Assembly (NCBI GenBank): GCA_947476185.1
Contig: CANJPX010000010.1
Location: 574 to 64,573 of the forward strand
Length of the DNA stretch: 64,000 bases
Source: Bacteroidota bacterium
GTDB taxonomy: Bacteria; Bacteroidota; Bacteroidia; 2-12-FULL-35-15
Direction of reading: 5' to 3'
Translations under genes and position numbers: made by a program
Notes under the pieces: generated by a model
What the model was told of the DNA's origin: nothing
Databases searched by the model: none
What the model saw: only the letters and a program-made list of their open reading frames with translations
In this document: positions 29,906-40,149 of the stretch, in pieces
Numbering within the stretch: position 1 is the first letter of the stretch
Layout of the letters: every line of letters begins with the position of its first letter

Positions 29906-32900
29906 TTATGCCTTTTTCTCTGCGTCAGGCTTTTCTCTTTCAAGATCAATTACAATTGGAGTAGCAATACAGATCGAAGAATAGGTTCCGATCGCGATAC
30001 CGATCAACAATGCGAATGCAAAGCCTTTGATCGTTTCTCCACCGAAAATAAAGATCGCCATCATTACAAAGAAAATAGTCAATGCAGTATTGATAGTACG
30101 ACTTAATGTACTGTTCAATGCATAGTTGATCACTTTCACGCGTTCGTTCTTATCAAGATCCGCCTTATTACGTTCTGTCAAGTATTCACGAATACGGTCA
30201 AACACAACTACTGAATCCACCATCGAATAACTCATTACAGTTAAAATTGCAGCGATAAAATCCTGTGTGATCTCTAATGAGAAAGGTAAAACACCATCAA
30301 ATATAGAGTATACAGACAATACAATAAATACGTCATGAAACAAAGCCACAACCGCACCTAAACCATATTGCCATTTTTTGAATCGAATAAAAATGAAGAC
30401 AAACATCACCAAACAAGATAATAAAATAGCCCAGATAGCTTTTGTTTTAATATCACGCGAAACAGTTTCTCCCACTTTCTGAGAACTCATTACCTGATAT
30501 TTTTCATTCAAAGTAGTTAAGCCTTCATTCAACTTCGCCTCTACTGATCCTTCTGCATTTTCTGAAGCATCTTCAATTAAATAAGTTGTTGTGATACGAA
30601 CCTGAGAACCTCCTTCACCGTATGTTTTTACTTCGGGAGCATCACCAAAACTCACTGTTAATGCTTTACGGATATCCTCAGTAGATTTTGGATTATCGAA
30701 ACGAACCACATACGAACGACCACCTTTAAAATCCACCCCTAAGCTAAAACCACCTTTGTGCACATAAGAGAAAACACCAGCAGCAATTACCAAAGAAGAA
30801 AATATATAATACCATTTTCTTTTCCCTACGAAATTGATATTGATATTTTTAAATGCATGAGCAGTATATTTATTACCAAAAGTAATTTCTTTATTTTTTC
30901 CTAACCAACGATCAAACACCAAACGTGTGATAAAGATCGCGCAAAATAAAGATGAAACAATACCAATGATCAATGTAGTAGCAAACCCTTGAATTGGCCC
31001 TGTACCGAATACATATAAGATAATACCCAACAATAATCCGGTGATGTGGGAATCGATCACAGATGACATCGCGTTTCTATAACCTTCTTTTATTGAAACA
31101 GAAACTGCTTTGCCCAGATTCAACTCCTCCCGTACACGTTCGAAGATCAAAATGTTGGCATCCACTGACATGGCAATTGTTAATACGATACCCGCAATAC
31201 CAGGCAATGTTAACACCGCACCGAAAGAGGCAAGAATTCCAATTACAAAAAAGTTATTGATGATCATGGCAAAATCTGCTACTAAACCAGCTTTGCTGTA
31301 ATACAAGACCATAAATACAAATACTAATAGCAACGCTATAATAGTTGAGAAAAAACCTTTTGAAATGGCTTCAGCACCTAATACCGGACCTACAGTTTCT
31401 TCAGCAACAATACGTGCAGGAGCTGGTAATTTACCGGCTTTTAAGATCGTCACTAAGTCGGTTGCTTCTGCCATTGAAAAATGACCGGTAATGGAAGTTG
31501 AACCACCTGCAATTTCTCCATTTATGACAGGATAAGAATAAACGCTATTATCTAAAACGATCGCCACACATTTGCCGACATTATCGCGCGTTAATTTTTT
31601 CCAAATATTTGCGGCATCGGTATTCATTGTCATCGAAATATTCGGAGAACCACCACTTGACTGATCAAATACAACGCGGGCATCAGTAATAATATCACCT
31701 GATAAGGGAGCTGTCCCTCTTGTAACTGAACCATCCATCGCCAATAACATTAATACTTTTTCTGCCTGATCGGATGTTTTAAAGGTCCAGAAGAAACGTG
31801 TATAAGGTTTAAACAATGATCTGATCTTTGGCATACGCAAATATTCACCAATTTGAGCAGTATCTGTGATCAAGGCGTATCCAACAACAGGTCCTTCACC
31901 TAAACCCTGTATCTCATTTTTTTCGTTGTATTTATAAGAAGGATTCATCAAAGAGAACAATGGATTTTCCATTCTCAATTTTTTTGCTGAATCGGCAGCA
32001 GTTGTAGCGACAACTGCAGTAGTGTCCTTCTTAGCATCTCCAAGGTTCTCTGCTAATGAAGTAGATGTAGCTTTTTTAACAGAGTCTTTTGCAACAGCCG
32101 GTGTTTTTCCTTTCACAACAGCTTCTGTAGAATCTTTTGCAGTACTGTCTTTTACTAGAGACGGTGACAATATTTCTTTGAGACGCTTATTTGCTTTTGA
32201 AAAAGCCAATGCAATTCCATTTTTTTCATCGCTATTATCATAAGCGATCCAAAACTCAAGATTTGCTGTTCCTTGCAAAAGTTTACGAACACGTTTTTTA
32301 TCTGTAACACCCGGCAATTCAATAAGGATACGACCAGAAGAAGCTAAACGCTGAATATTCGGTTGAGTAACACCAAATTTATCGATACGCGTACGTAATG
32401 TTTTTTCTGATGTTTCGATGGCTTCATCCATACGGGCACGTAAAAATTTCAACACATCTTCATCGGATGTATTAAAATCTATTTTCCCTTTCAATTCAAT
32501 TGTTTGGAAATTAATTGACAAACGACCTGTTGGATTCAATTTTTTATATTCCTCACCAAACAAGGTCACATAATCTTTAGAAGAAGTTTTCTGAGCAGCT
32601 GTAGCATTTTCCAATGCTTTTGTAAAACTAGGATCATTGCTGTTATTTGATAGTCCGCGAATGATCTCCGGTACAGAGATCTCCAAAGTAACGTTCATAC
32701 CACCTTTCAAATCCAAACCAAGATTTAACTCCCGACTTCTTACTTCCTCGTATTTATATTTAAAAATACCAAGATCAATAACCGGAAGCTTTTTCAGCGA
32801 ATCCAAATAACTATTTTTTCTTGAATTTTTAACAGAATCCAAATACGTTTTTTGTTCAACTTCAGAAGTTGAGATTTTCTTAGATGCCTCTACAACCTCT

Positions 32901-33037
32901 TTCCCCGTTATATAATCTTCAGAATATCTTTTTGCATCCTTTTCGATATTAACGCCTACATAAGTAAACATTAAATAATAAGCACAGGCAAGAGCCAGTA
33001 AAATCGCAAATAGCCTAATTGCACCTTTGTTCTGCAT
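29906..33037 (-). CDS. secDF: protein translocase subunit SecDF (fused SecD-SecF)
   Basis: 1043 aa with two 6-TM SecD/SecF-type membrane modules and a large periplasmic domain. The fused form is typical of Bacteroidota. Confidence 0.9.
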   Translation of the reverse strand: MQNKGAIRLFAILLALACAYYLMFTYVGVNIEKDAKRYSEDYITGKEVVEASKKISTSEVEQKTYLDSVKNSRKNSYLDSLKKLPVIDLGIFKYKYEEVRSRELNLGLDLKGGMNVTLEISVPEIIRGLSNNSNDPSFTKALENATAAQKTSSKDYVTLFGEEYKKLNPTGRLSINFQTIELKGKIDFNTSDEDVLKFLRARMDEAIETSEKTLRTRIDKFGVTQPNIQRLASSGRILIELPGVTDKKRVRKLLQGTANLEFWIAYDNSDEKNGIALAFSKANKRLKEILSPSLVKDSTAKDSTEAVVKGKTPAVAKDSVKKATSTSLAENLGDAKKDTTAVVATTAADSAKKLRMENPLFSLMNPSYKYNEKNEIQGLGEGPVVGYALITDTAQIGEYLRMPKIRSLFKPYTRFFWTFKTSDQAEKVLMLLAMDGSVTRGTAPLSGDIITDARVVFDQSSGGSPNISMTMNTDAANIWKKLTRDNVGKCVAIVLDNSVYSYPVINGEIAGGSTSITGHFSMAEATDLVTILKAGKLPAPARIVAEETVGPVLGAEAISKGFFSTIIALLLVFVFMVLYYSKAGLVADFAMIINNFFVIGILASFGAVLTLPGIAGIVLTIAMSVDANILIFERVREELNLGKAVSVSIKEGYRNAMSSVIDSHITGLLLGIILYVFGTGPIQGFATTLIIGIVSSLFCAIFITRLVFDRWLGKNKEITFGNKYTAHAFKNININFVGKRKWYYIFSSLVIAAGVFSYVHKGGFSLGVDFKGGRSYVVRFDNPKSTEDIRKALTVSFGDAPEVKTYGEGGSQVRITTTYLIEDASENAEGSVEAKLNEGLTTLNEKYQVMSSQKVGETVSRDIKTKAIWAILLSCLVMFVFIFIRFKKWQYGLGAVVALFHDVFIVLSVYSIFDGVLPFSLEITQDFIAAILTVMSYSMVDSVVVFDRIREYLTERNKADLDKNERVKVINYALNSTLSRTINTALTIFFVMMAIFIFGGETIKGFAFALLIGIAIGTYSSICIATPIVIDLEREKPDAEKKA

Positions 33038-33309
33038 AATTGTAATAATTAAATTGTTTTATTATTAATTTGATTCTAAATAAAAATTACTCAAAACCAC
33101 TATTCAGTATTTAGTTTTCCTGAATTTAAGGGTGCAAATATAGAATAACAATTATTATTTACCAATTTTAAGATGATTTGGTTGATTTTATGATTTTCGA
33201 GGTTTATTAGATGGGTAATTTTTCTGCAAAAAAAACCAATGAAGCACAATCATAAAGAACCCCTTTCAATGATATATTGCTTATATTTGTGAGTATTAAT
33301 TCCGTTGTC

Positions 33310-35586
33310 ATGAAGTCGTTCAAACAATTTTTCATTCTCACCCTTCTGTTTTTTTCAATCCGCACAGGCATTGCTCAACCCTACATGGAGTGGAACGACA
33401 GCATTCCGGTAAAGATCGGCGCCACCACTCTATTAAATGCATGGGCTGGAGGATTAAATTTTATCCAGACTTCCAACATCGACCTGAATATGGATGGTAT
33501 CAAGGATCTGTTTTTGTTCGACCGGACCGGAAATAAAATACGTACCTATATTAATAAAGGGATTGCAGGTACGGTTGATTACAAATATGATCCTCAATAT
33601 GAAAGCAAATTCCCAAAGCTACACGACTGGGCATTACTGGTGGATTATAACTGTGACGGGAAAGAGGATATTTTCGGATATTCAAATTATGGCGGCGGAT
33701 TCATGGTTTATAAGAACACCTCTTCCATCGCCACAGGATTGCAATTTACCTTGGTTACGAATTTGCAATATTCGATGTACAATCCTCCTACCGGATCGCT
33801 CATTAACTTATATGTAAGTTCTGCCGATATTCCTGCGATCAGCGATATTGATAACGATGGAGACATGGATATAGTAACCTTTGCCATTACCGGAACCTAT
33901 ATGGAATATCATAAAAACATGAGTATGGAGCTTTATGGCACGTGCGACAGTTTGAAATTCCAGATGGCAAACCGATGCTGGGGATACGCTGCAGAAAATG
34001 CATTAAGTAACGATTATACCTTATTCGACACGTGTTTTGGAAATGTACCCGTACCTGAATTCACTCCTTCCAATCCGTCAAACAAATCTGCCGAAAGACA
34101 TTCCGGTTCCTGTCAGCTCTGCATCGATTTGGATAATGATGGTGATAAAGAATTTATTGTAGGTGATATCTCATTTAATAATCTGACAATGCTCACAAAT
34201 GGAGGGGCAATAAACGATGGAAGTTTTGTTGCCAAAGACATTGCATTTCCGGCAAACAACACCAGCACAGCGGCTGTTGACCTGGCTGTTTTCCCATGTG
34301 CATATTATGTTGATGTAAATTACGATGGTATAAAAGATCTTGTCGTGAGTCCGAATGCACCTAGCATTTCTGAAAATTTCAATAGTGTGGTCTATTATAA
34401 GAACAACGGAACAAATAGTTTTCCCGTTTTTCAATTCCAACAAGCAAATCTTTTGCAGGATAATATGATCGATGTTGGTGAAGGAGCTTATCCAGTATTT
34501 TTCGATTATGATAATGACGGATTGAAAGATCTCTTTATTGGGAATAATGGCTATTACGGAGCGACGGTTTATTCGCATCAGATAGCTTTATTTAAAAATA
34601 CAGGCACAGCAACTGTTCCAAAATATGACCTTGTTACACGTGATTATGCAGGATTAAGTTCATTAGGATTAACCAACATGGTTCCCGCATTCGGTGATCT
34701 GGACGGGGATACAGATGCAGATATGATGATAGGCTCTGCGGATGGAAAATTGCAATATTTTGAAAATACCGCCACGATCGGTTCAACAGCAAATTTTGTT
34801 TTGACTGCTGCAAACTTCAAAAACTCTTTTAACCGTGTTATCGATGTTGGGGATTTTGCTGTTCCACAAATTGTGGATATGGATAATAGCGGAACAAACG
34901 ATCTGGTAATAGGAGCAAGAAATGGAAAACTTGCATACTACCGTCATACGGGCACTACTCCTATTCCAATAATGGATTCCATCACTCATTTTTTCGGAAA
35001 TGTGAAAGTGAATCTTCCCGGATATTTTACAGGATATAGTTATCCTTATGTCTTCAAGCAGGGTGGTGTCACAAATATGTTGGTTGGTACAGAAAGCGGT
35101 TATATCCGCAGATACAATAACATTGATGGAAACTTAGGCGGAATTTTCACAATGGCCGATTCTACCTTTTTGGATATTTTTCAAGGCAGCAGAGTTGCAC
35201 CAAATGGTGCTGACATTAATAATGATGGTTTACTGGATCTCATAGTTGGAAATTATCAAGGCGGAGTATCCTTCTATAAAGGCGTTTCCGCTCTTACGAC
35301 TTCTAACATCGACAATTTAATTCATTTCAATTTCAATCTATTTCCAAATCCGGCTAACAATAATTTCAGCATTCATATTCTGAATGAAGAAAATAAAATG
35401 TATGTATTGGAATTGTATAATGTAATGGGGCAAATCATCAGTTCAGAAAAAATCATGAACAATATCGCTACGTTCAGCACCGAAAAACTTTCACCGGGAA
35501 TGTATATTTGTAAAGTTTCTGAAATAAATTCTGAAGGACAAAAACAATCCGGCTCATTGACAAAAAGAATTATTATTCAACATTAA
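33310..35586 (+). CDS. FG-GAP/VCBS-repeat beta-propeller protein with T9SS type A C-terminal sorting domain
   Basis: Signal peptide MKSFKQFFILTLLFFSIRTGIAQ. Many ..DxDxDGxxD.. FG-GAP-like calcium-binding repeats. C-terminus ..LFPNPANNNFSIHIL..YVLELYNVMGQII..GMYICKV.. is the T9SS C-terminal domain. Confidence 0.75.
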   Translation: MKSFKQFFILTLLFFSIRTGIAQPYMEWNDSIPVKIGATTLLNAWAGGLNFIQTSNIDLNMDGIKDLFLFDRTGNKIRTYINKGIAGTVDYKYDPQYESKFPKLHDWALLVDYNCDGKEDIFGYSNYGGGFMVYKNTSSIATGLQFTLVTNLQYSMYNPPTGSLINLYVSSADIPAISDIDNDGDMDIVTFAITGTYMEYHKNMSMELYGTCDSLKFQMANRCWGYAAENALSNDYTLFDTCFGNVPVPEFTPSNPSNKSAERHSGSCQLCIDLDNDGDKEFIVGDISFNNLTMLTNGGAINDGSFVAKDIAFPANNTSTAAVDLAVFPCAYYVDVNYDGIKDLVVSPNAPSISENFNSVVYYKNNGTNSFPVFQFQQANLLQDNMIDVGEGAYPVFFDYDNDGLKDLFIGNNGYYGATVYSHQIALFKNTGTATVPKYDLVTRDYAGLSSLGLTNMVPAFGDLDGDTDADMMIGSADGKLQYFENTATIGSTANFVLTAANFKNSFNRVIDVGDFAVPQIVDMDNSGTNDLVIGARNGKLAYYRHTGTTPIPIMDSITHFFGNVKVNLPGYFTGYSYPYVFKQGGVTNMLVGTESGYIRRYNNIDGNLGGIFTMADSTFLDIFQGSRVAPNGADINNDGLLDLIVGNYQGGVSFYKGVSALTTSNIDNLIHFNFNLFPNPANNNFSIHILNEENKMYVLELYNVMGQIISSEKIMNNIATFSTEKLSPGMYICKVSEINSEGQKQSGSLTKRIIIQH

Positions 35587-35679
35587 TAAATAGAACTCAG
35601 TTCACCCTACCATCGGGATATTGAAACAAGTTCAGAATAACCACTAGATCAAAAAAACATTCCTACCTTTGTAGAATAA

Positions 35680-35994
35680 ATGCATACGCAGTTAAAAAAA
35701 TATTTTTCAATCCTATTCCTTTTCCTACTGTTATTTCCAATAATAGAAAAAGGATTACACTCCTATGAGCATCAGAAAGATCTTCATTGCACCGCGACAG
35801 AAAAACATTTTCACGACCTTGAACACGCTTGTTCCATTTGCGATTTTACGACCACAGACTCTAATAACTCACCGGAATCGGGCGTACAATTTATTATTAG
35901 CGCTAAAGAATTTTCCTTTTTTCCGTTTACTCAACAATTAAAAATTCCATACCCGTATTCTAATCTTCCTTCACGGGCACCTCCTGTAGCTTAG
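35680..35994 (+). CDS. hypothetical small membrane-anchored His/Cys-rich protein
   Basis: 104 aa. N-terminal hydrophobic segment then HSYEHQKDLHCTATEKHFHDLEHACSICDF. No family recognised. Coding status uncertain. Confidence 0.3.
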   Translation: MHTQLKKYFSILFLFLLLFPIIEKGLHSYEHQKDLHCTATEKHFHDLEHACSICDFTTTDSNNSPESGVQFIISAKEFSFFPFTQQLKIPYPYSNLPSRAPPVA

Positions 35995-36081
35995 TTTTTT
36001 TTAAATAATTCTTTTTGTTGATTTCTGTCCATGACAAGGGATCAATAATTAATATTTGCATTTTGAAAACTAAGTGATCTT

Positions 36082-37224
36082 ATGAAAAAAAATTTATTGC
36101 TTGCATTGATGCTTTTTGCAAGGCAACTATTCGCACAAACAGATAGTTTAAATTCTGACTCATTGCTGCTTCTGCAGATCCAGAACGACATGAAGGAAGC
36201 TGCTGCTCCACCAACAATTCAACAACGAATTGCGGCTTCCGCAAATCCTGATATAAGCGCAATTGGCGATTTTAGGGGATATTACAGAAGTTATGGCAAA
36301 CATAATTTTGATGCTGCACTTCACGAAACCGAATTCTCTTTTCAATCTGTGGTCGATCCATATGCCCGTGCCGATTTCTTTTATTCTGTTGCCGAAGATG
36401 AAAAAACAGGGGAATTTTCAGGTGAGATCGAAGAAGGATATTTGACAACTCTATCTCTGCCGGGGCATTTACAATTAAAAGCAGGAAGATTCAAAGAACA
36501 AATGGGGCGCATAAATCCTGTTCATGCGCATGCACTTCCATTCATTGATATGCCCGATGCGTATGTAAATTTTTTCGGAGAAGATGGATTCAAAGGAGAT
36601 GGTCTTTCCTTAAGTTGGTTATTACCGAATCATTCATTTTTCCAGGAACTAACTGTGGAAGCAACTAATGTAAGCGAGGGTCCGAGTTTTGAAAGAAGTG
36701 CCGGAAATAATTATTTATACAATGCACATCTAAAAAATTTCTGGGACCTTACGGATAATGCAACTTTGGAATTAGGCTTGTCAGGAATGACAGGAGAAAA
36801 TCTGATGAAAAAAATCACCAATATCGGAGCGATCGATCTTACCTATAAATGGAAACCTATCCGTTATAACACCTATAAATCTGTCACATTTCAGAATGAG
36901 TTGTATTATAGTCAGGCAGCACTCGACAGCTCAACAGTTAACGCAATTGGATTTTACTCTTTGCTGAATGTGCAAATTGCAAAACGAAGTTTCCTTGCAG
37001 GAAGATTTGATTATTCAAACAATCCTTACTCAGCAAAATTTGTGCAAGAGTCAGGCTCTTTAACGCTAGGATTTCTGGCAACAGAATTTCAAAAAATTGA
37101 GATAGAAGGGAAATACACAACGATGAATACGGCACTTGCAGAAAATGACAATCAGAAAAAATTTGTCTCAGCATATCTGAGATGGATCTTCGTCATTGGA
37201 TCTCATGGAGCACATACTTATTAA
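36082..37224 (+). CDS. hypothetical secreted outer-membrane (porin-like) beta-rich protein upstream of znuA
   Basis: 380 aa. Signal peptide (..LFAQ). Alternating amphipathic beta-strand pattern with aromatic girdles. No specific family recognised. Confidence 0.4.
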   Translation: MKKNLLLALMLFARQLFAQTDSLNSDSLLLLQIQNDMKEAAAPPTIQQRIAASANPDISAIGDFRGYYRSYGKHNFDAALHETEFSFQSVVDPYARADFFYSVAEDEKTGEFSGEIEEGYLTTLSLPGHLQLKAGRFKEQMGRINPVHAHALPFIDMPDAYVNFFGEDGFKGDGLSLSWLLPNHSFFQELTVEATNVSEGPSFERSAGNNYLYNAHLKNFWDLTDNATLELGLSGMTGENLMKKITNIGAIDLTYKWKPIRYNTYKSVTFQNELYYSQAALDSSTVNAIGFYSLLNVQIAKRSFLAGRFDYSNNPYSAKFVQESGSLTLGFLATEFQKIEIEGKYTTMNTALAENDNQKKFVSAYLRWIFVIGSHGAHTY

Positions 37225-37258
37225 AAAAATAAAAACAATTTTAAAAAAACAAAAAAAA

Positions 37259-38209
37259 ATGAAATCAATTATTAAAAAATACCTGAACTTTAAAAATAAA
37301 GTAAAGCGTAATTCAAAGATCATTACCTCTATATGTATCCTATTTTCAATTAATTCGGCCATTGCGGGTACGATTCATGTTGTCACTACAACACAGGATA
37401 CCAAAAGCATTGCAGAAATAATTGGAGGAACGAAAGTGGATCTTTTTGCCATCGCAACAGGTTATCAGAATCCGCATTTTGTGGATCCAAAACCAAGTTA
37501 TATCATCAAACTTTCGAATGCTGATCTGTATGTAACACTTGGTCTTGATCTGGAAGCAGGATGGTCACCATCGTTGCTGACAAGTTCTAAAAATAAAAAA
37601 ATCCAAAAAGGCAGTGATGGTTATGTTGATGCTTCTGTTGGCGTAAATCTGATGCAAGTACCTTCTTCCATAAATCGTGCGGAAGGTGATATCCATGTAT
37701 TTGGAAACCCTCATTATTGGCTCGATCCATTGAATGGAAAAATTATTGCAAGAAATATTTGTAATGGACTTGAAAAAATATCTCCTGAGAATAAAGATTA
37801 TTTCGAAGCGAATCTAAAAACATTTGACGCACAGATAGATGCAAAAATAAAAGTGTGGACCGCTGCAATGGAGGGGTTTAAAGGAGCGAAAATAATCGCA
37901 TATCACAATGAATGGTGTTACTTCGAAAACCGTTTCGGTTTAAAGATCGTTGATTTTATGGAACCAAAACCGGGCATTCCTCCCTCACCATCACAACTGG
38001 TGAAGATCATAAAAGAGGTAAAAGAAAATAGCATCAAAGTGATCATTACATCGCCTTACTTTACAACCTCTTCATCTGATGTTGTTTCAAAACAGACCGG
38101 TTCAAAAACTGTGGTGTTGGCAACTTCTGTCGGAGCTTTTGATGGAATAAAAAACTATTTCGACTTGTTCGACTACAACATAAAACTATTAAGCGCATCA
38201 CTAAAATAA
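37259..38209 (+). CDS. metal ABC transporter substrate-binding protein (ZnuA/TroA cluster-9 family)
   Basis: About 316 aa from the MKSIIKK start. Signal peptide. Typical cluster A-I SBP organisation (..AEGDIHVFGNPHYWLDP.., ..KIIAYHNEWCYF..). Confidence 0.75.
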   Translation: MKSIIKKYLNFKNKVKRNSKIITSICILFSINSAIAGTIHVVTTTQDTKSIAEIIGGTKVDLFAIATGYQNPHFVDPKPSYIIKLSNADLYVTLGLDLEAGWSPSLLTSSKNKKIQKGSDGYVDASVGVNLMQVPSSINRAEGDIHVFGNPHYWLDPLNGKIIARNICNGLEKISPENKDYFEANLKTFDAQIDAKIKVWTAAMEGFKGAKIIAYHNEWCYFENRFGLKIVDFMEPKPGIPPSPSQLVKIIKEVKENSIKVIITSPYFTTSSSDVVSKQTGSKTVVLATSVGAFDGIKNYFDLFDYNIKLLSASLK

Positions 38210-38251
38210 TCAATACAAATTTTTATTTATTAATTTCTAATTCTATTTATT

Positions 38252-39100
38252 ATGTTCGACATGTTTCAATTGGATTTTATGCTTCTTGCATTTGTGATAA
38301 GCATTATAATAGGTATCTTACTGTCTTATCTTGGCGTGCATGTAGTGGGAAGAGGAATTGTTTTTGTGGATCTTGCACTCGGTCAGATCTCCTCACTTGG
38401 CGTTGCATTTTCTGATTATGTAGGTTATGGCAAAACGATCATCCCGATATTATTTGCTTTGTTCGGAGCATTGCTGATGTCGCTCATCAACATTAAAGAC
38501 AAGCGGCTGAAGCTTGAAGCAGTAATTGGAATTATTTATGCTGTTTCATCTGCAGTAACAGTAATGTTAATCTCCAAAACCCCACATGGTGATTCGGACA
38601 TTCAAGAGGTACTTTTTGGAAATATCCTTTCTATTGATTGGACACAAATAACGATCATCGGAAGTATTTTCGGAGCAATTGCCTTGTTTCATCTTATCTT
38701 TTACAAGAAGTTCTTTTTATTGACCGAATGTTTTGAAACAGAAAACAGCCAACTGGGACAAACAGTCTTTAAGAAAAAAGGCGAATTCAGTTTCTGGAAT
38801 TTCATGTTCTATTTATCAATCGGATTAGCAATTGTATTTGCGGTGAGGGTGAGCGGAGTAATTCCGGTTTTTGCCTTTCTGATAATTCCGGCAGTTGCAT
38901 CGATCATGCTTTTCAAAAATAATCTTGGTCTTGTAATTTCTTCTATACTGATAAGTATCATAGGTGCATTTTTCGGATTGAACGTTTCCTATCATTTTGA
39001 TTTCCCTGCTGGCTCATCATTAGTAGCAGTATTAGGGGGTATTTTCTTCATGATCTCCTTGTTCTATATATTCAAAAGCATGATGAAAAAGAAAAACTGA
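38252..39100 (+). CDS. metal ABC transporter permease (ZnuB/ABC-3 family)
   Basis: 282 aa with 8-9 TM segments, ABC-3 type. Directly follows the SBP gene. No ATPase gene adjacent. Confidence 0.75.
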   Translation: MFDMFQLDFMLLAFVISIIIGILLSYLGVHVVGRGIVFVDLALGQISSLGVAFSDYVGYGKTIIPILFALFGALLMSLINIKDKRLKLEAVIGIIYAVSSAVTVMLISKTPHGDSDIQEVLFGNILSIDWTQITIIGSIFGAIALFHLIFYKKFFLLTECFETENSQLGQTVFKKKGEFSFWNFMFYLSIGLAIVFAVRVSGVIPVFAFLIIPAVASIMLFKNNLGLVISSILISIIGAFFGLNVSYHFDFPAGSSLVAVLGGIFFMISLFYIFKSMMKKKN

Positions 39101-39216
39101 ATTCTAACCGATCATCAAATAAGGAGTATGTGAATAAGTTTCAAATTCGGATACAAATGTTTCAATTTGGCTTTTTCAATAATTAAATATACATTTGTTA
39201 GTATAAAAGTTTAAAA

Positions 39217-39606
39217 TTGAAAAAGTCACTGATCTTATTTTTGACATTCATTTACCTGGTTGTAGCATCAGGCGTGGCTTTTAATTTCCATTACTGCCGA
39301 GGTAAGATCAGCAGCATCTCTCTTGCATTTGTCAGCAACCACGATAATTGTTGTGGAAAAAAGAAAATGACAAAGAAAAACTGTTGTAAAAACAAAACCT
39401 CAGTTTTAAAAATAAACGACAATCAACATTCTTCAACAAATATCAAAGCGCCTTCAACAATCATTACGGCTATTGACGCTAGTTTTACACAGATCAACTT
39501 CAGTGTTGCATCTATCATTGAAGCGAAAACCATTTCAAGAATTCACGCCCCCCCTGATATTTATCAGGATTCGATATACCTGCAATATCGCGTATTGATC
39601 ATTTAG
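39217..39606 (+). CDS. hypothetical small Cys-rich membrane-anchored/secreted protein
   Basis: 129 aa. Hydrophobic N-terminus then HYCRGK..NHDNCCGKKKMTKKNCCKNK. No family recognised. Confidence 0.35.
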   Translation: MKKSLILFLTFIYLVVASGVAFNFHYCRGKISSISLAFVSNHDNCCGKKKMTKKNCCKNKTSVLKINDNQHSSTNIKAPSTIITAIDASFTQINFSVASIIEAKTISRIHAPPDIYQDSIYLQYRVLII

Positions 39607-39763
39607 AATTTTCCTTTTTGTCATTTCCATACTAATTTTCAGTAATGGGAATTTTATGCTTTTGCATATGCCTATGACAACAATTTCTGTATTTCTATTT
39701 CGGGAATAATTACAAACTTATTTTTACAATTTCAATATTTATTAATCATAAAATACAACGCTA

Positions 39764-39997
39764 ATGAAAACTAAAATCATTCTATCAAGTTTCGTACTTT
39801 CAACAATAATTATTTTTTCTTGTAACGGTGAAGCAAAGAAAGATGCCACCGCAACTGAAAATGCGAGTCAGCCTGTAGCAGCTTTTGCTTATACCTGTCC
39901 GATGCATCCTGATGTAAAAAGCGATAAACCGGCACAATGCCCTGATTGTGGAATGGATCTGGAAAAAGTAGAAAAGACAGATAGTATCAGCCATTAG
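39764..39997 (+). CDS. small lipoprotein consisting of a heavy-metal-binding domain (HMBD; YxCPMHP...CPxCGMxL motif)
   Basis: 77 aa. Lipobox ..IIFSC. Motif AYTCPMHPDVKSDKPAQCPDCGMDLEKV matches the HMBD found at N-termini of CusB-like and other metal efflux proteins. Confidence 0.65.
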   Translation: MKTKIILSSFVLSTIIIFSCNGEAKKDATATENASQPVAAFAYTCPMHPDVKSDKPAQCPDCGMDLEKVEKTDSISH

Positions 39998-40099
39998 ATC
40001 CTATAAAATAAATTGTTTTTATGATTCGTCAAATAAAATATTTTAATCATGTTATATAGATTACTATTTTTTCTTCTTCCATTAGGATATCTATTTTCA

Positions 40100-40107
40100 C
40101 CCCCCCC
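40100..40107. repeat. poly-C homopolymer (8 C) at the junction between a signal-peptide ORF and a cytochrome c domain ORF
   Basis: Direct reading of ttttcaCCCCCCCCactt. Frames 40049..40234 and 40150..40470 differ by one position. Confidence 0.9.
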
Positions 40108-40149
40108 ACTTACTTTGCTAAGAGGTTTGAAAAAGAACAGAAAGATACC

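Noticed and set aside
33277-33309. Upstream start (MLIFVSINSVV) for the FG-GAP/T9SS protein
   Set aside because: The Met at 33310 gives a canonical signal peptide (MKSFKQFFILTLLFFSIRTGIAQ). The 11-codon extension is unnecessary.
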